Positions 1-6,700 of a stretch of DNA of 7,126 nucleotides are shown in pieces. The position numbers were made by a program, and so were the translations under genes. How positions within the stretch are numbered: the first letter of the stretch is position 1; the number at the start of each line of letters is the position of its first letter. Source of the DNA: Rotaria sordida. Its lineage: Eukaryota. The stretch spans positions 1-7,126 of the forward strand of contig CAJNOT010001887.1 of assembly GCA_905251635.1 (NCBI GenBank), given 5' to 3'. Under the pieces are notes generated by a model, which was not told where the DNA came from, searched no databases, and worked only from the letters and a program-made list of their open reading frames with translations.

Positions 1-495
1 CAACACTATTAGTCTAAATGTTGACTAAATTAAACAAGTTGAATTATGAGTTATATTTGAAGGAAATATTTTTCTTTGATCATATTTCAATAAACTAAAA
101 ATATAATTAATTTGTATCATAATATAATCCTTCGTCTTAAAATATGTTGATGTCATATTATATAGAATATGAAAGGAAAAAATGTATTTGCAAAACATCG
201 TATTGAATTTCTTTCAATTTATATTTATAAGTATTTCTCAAATTCTCGAAATTGAACTAACTGAAAATAAGTTCAGATGCTTTATTCAGAAAAAAACTAG
301 ATTAATTTTCATAGAATGACATAGGATATAGATGATAACTAATACTATTCCCGATCTAATTACTTTTCTACACTATTTCTTTGTTGTCGATACCCCCGCG
401 AACTTCCATTAAGCATCAAAATGTATTCTGTTGAAGAGTCTTATGGAAAAGGCAGAGAAAAATGAGTAGGTATGACAGTGGTTAAATAACTTGGT

Positions 496-502
496 TATAA
501 AA
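496..502 (+). promoter_or_regulatory. TATA-like element (tataaaa) about 70 bp upstream of the GPCR ATG
   Basis: The string tataaaa lies at 496-502 and the first ATG of the GPCR frame is at 572. AT-rich DNA produces such strings by chance, so support is weak. Confidence 0.2.
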
Positions 503-571
503 TAAAAGAAAAAAAGTGTAAAAGGCAGCTTAGTATTCATTTTAATTTAGAAAAGATATAGAAGGTGAAAT

Positions 572-1565
572 ATGTCCGTCCTTAAAGCAGCTATTCAATT
601 AGCTTTTTGGGGACCAATTGTCCTCTTCATTATTGGCGTTCCATCAGCCATTTTAAATGCAATTATTTTTATTGGACTGAAAACATTTCGACAATCTTCT
701 AGTTCTTATTATATTGTTAGTCAATCATTATTCGATTTTGGTGCCTTATTAATTCTTCTTCTGCAAAGTATTCCATCAACATCAGCATCTGTCTATTCAA
801 TATCATGCAAGTTGATTATTTTCTTTAGTCAAGTAATAGCACCATGTGCATTGAGTTTTCTTGGTTTGGCTGGATTTGATCGTTGGGCATGCACATCAAG
901 ATCGGCTAGAATATGTCAATTAAGTTCAACTCATATAGCTTGTCGTATTATTTCAATTACCGTTCTATTCTGGACACTGGTCAGCATACCTTTTCTTATT
1001 TTTTTCGATTTGGTTCCACCTTCTTTTACTTGTGGAGTCACAAATGTTCTTTTTTCAAAAATTTCCAATTTTTTTCTGGCTCCTATATTGTGTGTTGTTT
1101 TTCCTCTTATTGTTTTAATGATATTTAGGATTCTTACATATCGAAATATTCATCTTATAACAGTTATTAATGCTCAACAACAATCTGTTCGAACTCGTCT
1201 ATCAATGTAGGAACAACAAATAACGCGAATGATGATTATTCAAATAGTATTAAGTATTTTATGTACACTTCCTCGATGTATCTTGGTGATCTATACAATA
1301 GCAACAATTCAGCAAAGTGCAACGAGAAGTTTAAATCAAATTTACATTGAATATCTATTGGCTCAGGGTGACTGAATTTATTTTATGCCTAGAGTTTGCT
1401 TCGTCATTTTATATATATTTTCTTTCTTCATCACGTTTTCGACAGACAATCAAAATGTATCTGAAACGTTTTCTACATTTGGAAAATAATCAACTTATCC
1501 CTATCAATAGTTTTGCTCCAAGGGTGCCAGTTACTGGTACAAAAAGTCTTAACAGACAAAATTGA
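572..1565 (+). pseudogene. Rhodopsin-like (class A) 7TM GPCR, intronless, disrupted by an in-frame TAG (1208-1210) and a +1 frameshift near 1366-1368
   Basis: The 572-1210 ORF encodes TM1-TM5 with hallmarks: LKTFRQ after TM1, DRW (the E/DRY position) at 878-886, and a Cys in TM3. After the TAG the same frame continues with EQQITRMMIIQIVLSILCTLPRCILVIYTIATI (TM6) and hits TGA at 1373-1375. The homology then resumes in the next frame as VTEFILCLEFASSFYIYFLSSSRFRQTIKMYLKRF (TM7 with an FYIY NPxxY-like motif and helix 8), ending at TGA 1563-1565. No plausible intron removes either lesion. Confidence 0.75.
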
Positions 1566-1645
1566 ATTGTCTATTGAATTCTATCATCCTTACCTTTATC
1601 CTCAATTTTTGATTGAAATATTTCTTCAGATGCGAATATCGTTTT

Positions 1646-1651
1646 AATAAA
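1646..1651 (+). promoter_or_regulatory. Candidate polyadenylation signal (AATAAA) downstream of the GPCR frame
   Basis: aataaa lies about 80 nt after the TGA at 1563-1565. The hexamer is common in AT-rich sequence. Confidence 0.2.
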
Positions 1652-1828
1652 GAATTTTCTTCATTGTCATTCGTTCATGGAAGGTTTATATTTTCTTTTA
1701 ATAAAAACACATCAAACAAATGTTTGCAAATTACATTAAAAGATGAAATAACATGTAATGCAAAATTAATTGCACAAATGTTGACCTCTATTTCTCTTCA
1801 ATACAAGGGTGCTAAAAAATAATTTTTT

Positions 1829-1890
1829 TTACCAGAAGATAGAGAATTTTTTTCTCTTTCGAATCGTATATAATTTATTTTTATCACATG
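1829..1890. repeat. Copy A of a ~60-bp dispersed direct repeat
   Basis: ttaccagaagatagagaatttttttctctttcgaatcgtatataatttatttttatcacatg aligns by hand with 2028-2087. About 45 of 58 positions are identical, including the core ctctttcgaa and gtata..atttat blocks. Confidence 0.55.
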
Positions 1891-2027
1891 TCTATAAACG
1901 AAACGACACAGCAGACAAGATAAGCATCGTCAAAACGAGTCCGTACTTTTTATATAATTCAAAACAACAGCAGAAAATGTCGATCTCTATATCTCTTTGA
2001 TAAATACATTATAAAAGGAATATTTTA

Positions 2028-2087
2028 TTATCAGTTGATAGGAAATTTTCTCCTCTTTCGAACTGTATAAGATTTATATTTGTCATG
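2028..2087. repeat. Copy B of the ~60-bp direct repeat
   Basis: ttatcagttgataggaaattttctcctctttcgaactgtataagatttatatttgtcatg lies 199 bp downstream of copy A in the same orientation. Confidence 0.55.
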
Positions 2088-2122
2088 CATTCGTAAATAA
2101 AATGAAGTGAGTAAAAGGAGAA

Positions 2123-2169
2123 GGGTGTGGGTGTGGATGTAGAAGAGATCGACACCCACATCGACACCC
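2123..2169. repeat. Imperfect inverted repeat built from GGGTGT/ACACCC hexamers (telomere-repeat-like)
   Basis: The left arm is gggtgtgggtgtggatgt (2123-2140), the loop is agaagagatcg, and the right arm is acacccacatcgacaccc (2152-2169). 15 of 18 arm positions are complementary. The G/C-rich hexamer periodicity stands out against the AT-rich background. Confidence 0.6.
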
Positions 2170-2173
2170 TCAC

Positions 2174-2204
2174 TAAGGTGTGGAATCGGGCTCTGAGCGA
2201 ATCC
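2174..2204. repeat. Copy 1 of a 31-bp direct repeat
   Basis: taaggtgtggaatcgggctctgagcgaatcc matches taaggtgtggaatcggtctcagagcgaattc at 2298-2328 at 28 of 31 positions. Confidence 0.7.
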
Positions 2205-2297
2205 GTCCGGATTTTATGAAAAATCATCATTGGTTTCCATAGGAAAAAACTAGAAATTACCGATTTTCTGGTGGAAGCCCTGTTGGAATCGCACGAA

Positions 2298-2328
2298 TAA
2301 GGTGTGGAATCGGTCTCAGAGCGAATTC
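2298..2328. repeat. Copy 2 of the 31-bp direct repeat
   Basis: Same orientation, 124 bp downstream of copy 1. A partial ggaatcg core also occurs at 2285-2291. Confidence 0.7.
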
Positions 2329-2655
2329 ATTCCTGAAATACTCGAATCCTGACCTAAGATATCCTACGTTGATATAAGAACAAGTTCATACATATGTATA
2401 TGACAATGGAAAAACTATTTGAAGAGAGAAAGAGCAATTCCTCTTTGCAAGTTTAAGCTAAAAATCGTTTGTACTATGTGAGATACAAAATTTGGAATGA
2501 ATCAGTTATTACGACTAGTTGAACTGTGAAAAGATGAGTATATATACAATTAGAATAAATAGATGTTAATGATTTTCGCTGTCATATACAGATGCGAACA
2601 AATTCATGGATATATAAAAGTAAAATATGGACCACAATTCTATTGGCTCACACAC

Positions 2656-2712
2656 GTCAGGATAAGTTACACACAATATTGAATTTGACGAGTGTGTGTA
2701 ACTTATCTTAAC
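2656..2712. repeat. Strong hairpin / inverted repeat (20-bp arms, 17-nt loop)
   Basis: gtcaggataagttacacaca (2656-2675) pairs with tgtgtgtaacttatcttaac (2693-2712). There are 15 consecutive Watson-Crick pairs next to the loop, then one G:U, one more pair, one mismatch and two more pairs. Confidence 0.7.
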
Positions 2713-2759
2713 CGCTCTTTTTATCATAAAAAAAATATCTATTTGAAGATTATGAAATG

Positions 2760-2778
2760 TGTTGTGTCTGACACAACA
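2760..2778. repeat. Perfect 19-bp palindrome tgttgtgtc-t-gacacaaca
   Basis: Positions 2760-2768 are the exact reverse complement of 2770-2778, around a central t at 2769. Confidence 0.7.
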
Positions 2779-2898
2779 GAGTAAATTTGATTATCTTTGT
2801 CTAGACTAAACACGTATTTTCTTAAAATTCATGTTTATCAACTGCTTTTTAATTACCAGAAAAAAAAATAACGACATTAATTCCTCAATCATTATTAT

Positions 2899-3329
2899 TT
2901 AGCAGATTTTTTTGTGACATTTCCATTTTTGAACTATCTGAGCTGCTTGATCTTCACTTTTATCTTCATCTTCCAACAAATCATAACTTTCTTCAGACGA
3001 TAGATTCGATATATTATTCAATTATTTTTGAAATTGAACTCTCATTTCATCCATAACTGAACATTTCGCATAACCATCAGTGGCCGCCATTGATAGAGCG
3101 CTATAATTAATTCTTCATTCGTTTTGAACGTAGATTTTTTGAAGCAAAAAATTAATTCAATCGTTGAGCTTTTCTTCTTTCATCTACTCCTTCTAGTTCA
3201 GCTTGACGCATTTCACATCAAACAATTCAATGAGATTTCTTCTCGAACATCACCAATGATTACTTTTGCTAAAAGTTGAGCATTCATCATTGAAATATAT
3301 CGACCACCTGTAGTGTAAACTGAGGCCAT
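2899..3329 (-). pseudogene. Broken coding relic or unresolved small gene, product unknown
   Basis: The minus strand starts with ATG at 3329 and reads MASVYTTGGRYISMMNAQLLAKVIIGDVREEISLNCLM then a stop. Further coding-like stretches follow in shifted frames: EMRQAELEGVDERRKAQRLN, and MAATDGYAKCSVMDEMRVQFQK-stop-LNNISNLSSEESYDLLEDEDKSEDQAAQIVQKWKCHKKIC-stop ending at 2899-2901. I could not find convincing GT..AG introns that join them. Confidence 0.25.
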
Positions 3330-3472
3330 GAAAAAATCAAGATGAAAAACCAAAATCCAAGTGTATAAAGTGCGATACGTGAATGTTTTAAAATTTTATT
3401 CTTGAAACATTATTAATTATGGAAAACTAATGATTAATAACGTTTGTCAGTATAATGACAATTAGATAGAAT

Positions 3473-3478
3473 TTTATT
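3473..3478 (-). promoter_or_regulatory. Candidate polyadenylation signal (AATAAA on the minus strand) for the STRA6-like gene
   Basis: Forward tttatt at 3473-3478 is AATAAA on the minus strand, about 112 nt past the TAA stop at 3590-3592. A second candidate lies at 3395-3400. Confidence 0.25.
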
Positions 3479-3589
3479 TAAAAAAAATAATATGATCAAT
3501 TTTGTTCTTTTTTTGTCTTTAAAGAAAAATAATTTTTAATATGAAACTGATGCTATTGAGAGTGAGAATGTTTCACAGCTGTTTCTTAA

Positions 3590-3744
3590 TTAGGTACTAG
3601 ACTCGGGCAAATCATTGGCTTGTTGTGGTTCATCAAGTGACGACTCAGTCGCAGATGCTCTCCTCTCATAACTTTGTGGTGCATTGATGTGATTTTCATC
3701 GCTCGGTGATTCCGTAGTGGTGGTTTCACGAGTTACTGGTCCAT
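3590..3744 (-). CDS. STRA6-like gene, exon 9 (acidic, Ser/Thr-rich C-terminal tail and TAA stop)
   Basis: The acceptor is gattaatag| at 3745. It reads (D)GPVTRETTTTESPSDENHINAPQSYERRASATESSLDEPQQANDLPESST then a stop (TAA at 3590-3592). This is a comparatively GC-rich open frame within AT-rich surroundings. Confidence 0.55.
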
Positions 3745-6700
3745 CTATTAATCAAACATATATTTACATAGACTTAGTGTTGTATCTTTTCTTGATACAT
3801 ACCTTGAGTGGTGTTTACCGGTTGAGCAGAATGGGAAAATTCTGAGAAAGAAAATTATTTTACAAATTACGTTTATAAGATGAAATTTAATTTACCGAGT
3901 ATCAAAGGATATGTGTAAAGAAGTTCCCAGCGGATAAAACATTCAAATGCTTTATGTGCTGAATCTAAATTCGAGTTTTGTTTATGAAAATCATTTCGAG
4001 AGATTTTCTTACCGAATGTTTGTAATGGTGGAGGAAAACAACTGTAATCAATTCGAGGTAAAAATAAAATATTTGCATAAAAACTTGTCAATAAACGAAA
4101 TACAGATGAGATAATACCAATAAAAGAAGCTATTCAAGTAAATAATATTGTAAATCTTTATGAAATAAAAACAGAAAAATAAACTCACTGAAAATCAAAT
4201 TTAAATATAACAAAATGGAATAAGGTCTGTTGAGTATGATGCTACTTTGACGTTGTAAAGGAGAAACAACACTGGTCTCATCTTGTAAAGCAGGACCAGT
4301 AGTAGTCTGACGTGGGAAATCAGAATCGGCAGTAATCTGATTTGGTGGAGAAAAACTAGGGCCGATTTCAATTTGTGAAGTAGAATCAACGTTGCCCTGA
4401 TCTTGTGAAGAAGAAACAACATTAGTTTGAACTTGTAATCGATAACTGTTAAAAAGTCTATTAATTAGAAAATTGATTATCTTGTGTAAACCATATACAC
4501 AAATAATTGAAGCAATAGAAATAAGTATCCATTTGAATGAAGATATATGTGTGACTATCGCTTTTCCTCCAACTATAGTGAATAAAAACGAATGAAAACA
4601 AATAATATAACCGCCAAGTAAATATCTTAAAATAAAAGCTGGATATTGAACACTTCTGGGAATAATTTCACGCTTTTCACAAAGAAAAACTATCTCGGAA
4701 TTATCAAAATCTGTACCATACAAAGTTCTGACACGATCTTTATAATTTTGGATGCTGTGCAATAATTGAAGTCCATAAATAACCGTCGTTATCATCGCAC
4801 TGATTATTACTTCTGGTTGAAATGATTGTTCTTCAATTTCTATGAAAACAAAAATCGATTAACAATTCAATTAATTATCTAATTTCAATGAACATACTGA
4901 TATTTAATATACGTTCTACTAATTGTATGAGATAGATCATATAGATTGTTCTATCTGTTGTATAAAAAAATATCAGATTAAATGTAAGATGAATGAGAAA
5001 GACATATGCAATTGTATATGTACAAACAACAATGCTAGTAAATTGAAAATCTTCTTCCCATGTGTATATTCCAGTAATAGATTTTCGAATTCTCGAGCAA
5101 CATCCTTCTTCATTGAGATTCTCACTTTGAGCAATATTATTTCCCCCAGAAGTAATTCGTTTCTTCGATTTTCGTACGAAAGTCTTCTGTTCTTTGTCCT
5201 CTCGAAAAGAATATTGATCGATTTTTCTTAATGGTACATCCCAAATACTTCTATTTCTTTCTCGAGCAATATAAATGGAATCGTAGAACACTCGTACAGT
5301 CAATTCTCCACAAATATATCCAATTAAACAATAATATAATGTATTTTTCGCTATACAATATACGAAGGACCATAAGTGCATATTTTTATAAATTTCTGTT
5401 TGATTGAATAATGAAATTTTGTTTGTAAATGTTAACCAATATAAATGTAAATTTTCCCGAAACATCATATGAACAAGATTTAGAATAAAATAAACCGATG
5501 CGAGAATACGCATACGTAAGTCTTGAAATCGTAACGAAGCAAGAATGGGACAGTATCGAAATCTGAAATGATTTCAAAAACAAAATCAATCATTCAATTG
5601 ATTATCAAAAGGAAATCTTACGTGTTAATAAGAATAAATACCATGCGTATAAAGATTTTGACAAATACACCGGATTCTAATGCATTTTGAACAGCGATTC
5701 GTGTCTCATCAAGAACTTCTAAGATTTCAAACATTTGAATTGAAACAATGACCACTGTTTTGTACCGATCAGTTATATAAAATGGTTTGATCGGTTCGAT
5801 GATTCCTCAAAGGAAAATTCTTTTAGTGCGAAATACAAATGCATGAAAAACAAATGAAATACTCGAATGATGTTTGTCATCACTTTGAGGTTTTTTGTTG
5901 AAAATGATCAGAATAACACTTATTCCAATGGAAAAAATAAAGAAAATTATATTATCTAATCGAAAAATAGTATTTCGTTCATATTGATTGTTCATATAAA
6001 TATTATCATTGGTGACAGAATCGAGTGTTGATACATTTGTATGATTTGTCGAAGATATTAGGAGATAACGAACGACTGGATTACCGATAAGTATCAAAAA
6101 GAAAACCAGTGACACTATAGAAACGAAAATTGAACGAGTACGCTTTTCATCTGGTTCTAATTCGAAGAATGTTGCTTGTCGAATACCATTGGTCACACCT
6201 TCAAATTGCTGATTAATTTTCTTATTTTTTCCATTAGTGTTCGATGGTGTCAATCGCTTAATAACTTTCCAGAGTAAATTTCGAATGGGTTCACTAAGTA
6301 GTATAGGCGCAAGAATAACAATTGGAATAGCAATCAAGAGTTGAATGTTTTTGAGTGAAACTGAATCACAATAAGTTCCATTGTATGGAAATGAACATAA
6401 ACATTTAAAATCTGTTTGACTATTAACACAACGTCCATGTTTACCACATTTGATATTATTCACACAACGATCAAGTACTAATTTAGAGAGACAATTAGAA
6501 ATGAAAAGATTATCTCAATTGAACTTACAATATTGACACAAATGTGCATATGCTACTTTCACGTTGATATTACTCAATGAACAAATAGATCTGTTGAAAT
6601 TCAACTTCACAGTCAATATTAAAACAGTCGAATTCTCATCAACGACATTCCATTGAAATTTATCACAGGGTTTACGAAGAGAACTAATGTTTTGAAATTG

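Noticed and set aside
913-1128. ORF 913-1128 (+), 71 aa
   Set aside because: It is an alternative frame fully inside the GPCR coding region, and its product is low-complexity and F/S/Y-rich. It is a frame shadow of AT-rich coding sequence.
1207-1247. A 41-bp intron (gtagga…caaatag) that would remove the TAG stop in the GPCR
   Set aside because: The donor is weak and the length is not a multiple of three. The resulting frame (IKYFMYTSSMYLGDLYNSNN…) loses the clearly hydrophobic TM6 sequence ITRMMIIQIVLSILCTLP and stops soon after.
1368-1392. A 25-bp intron (gtgactgaatttattttatgcctag) that would repair the GPCR frameshift
   Set aside because: It restores the frame numerically. However, it is far shorter than the 48-59-bp introns seen in this window and would delete half of TM7 (VTEFILCL). 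A 1-nt insertion in the GGG run explains the data better.
1613-2000. ORFs 1613-1822 and 1809-2000 (+)
   Set aside because: They have no recognisable domains, their composition is low-complexity and K/F/N-rich, and they overlap repeat copy A. They are consistent with chance ORFs in AT-rich intergenic DNA.
2009-2230. ORF 2009-2230 (-), 73 aa
   Set aside because: It spans the telomere-like inverted repeat and repeat copy B. The peptide (…STSTPTPFSF…) simply reflects translation of those repeats.
2388-2399. 12-bp palindrome atacatatgtat, along with other short AT-only palindromes and A/T homopolymer runs (for example 2866-2874 and 3481-3488)
   Set aside because: These are expected at high frequency in AT-rich intergenic DNA, with no flanking structure or repetition to suggest function.
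4201-4422. ORF 4201-4422 (-), with a periodic leucine-rich peptide (LFLLHKIRAT LILLHKLKSA …)
   Set aside because: It is an alternative frame of the 30-nt coding repeat within exon 5. The periodicity is real, but it belongs to the main frame of the STRA6-like gene.
4923-5231. ORF 4923-5231 (+), 102 aa
   Set aside because: It is antisense to exon 4 of the STRA6-like gene, its peptide is Cys/Asn/Ile-rich and low-complexity, and it has no independent support.
5386-5589. ORF 5386-5589 (-) and ORF 6619-6852 (-)
   Set aside because: Both are out-of-frame overlaps of exons 4 and 1 respectively. They run across predicted splice sites and break the frame continuity that the main model satisfies.
5807-5809. 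The in-frame TGA ending ORF 5807-6463 as evidence that the STRA6-like gene is a pseudogene
   Set aside because: The stop lies inside a 57-bp GT..AG intron (5806-5862, gtatttc…cctttgag). The intron length is a multiple of three, and removing it joins …KHHS-R-IIEPIKPF… in frame. The same reasoning applies to the ORF-terminating stops at 6515, 4875, 4130 and 3873, which all fall within predicted introns.
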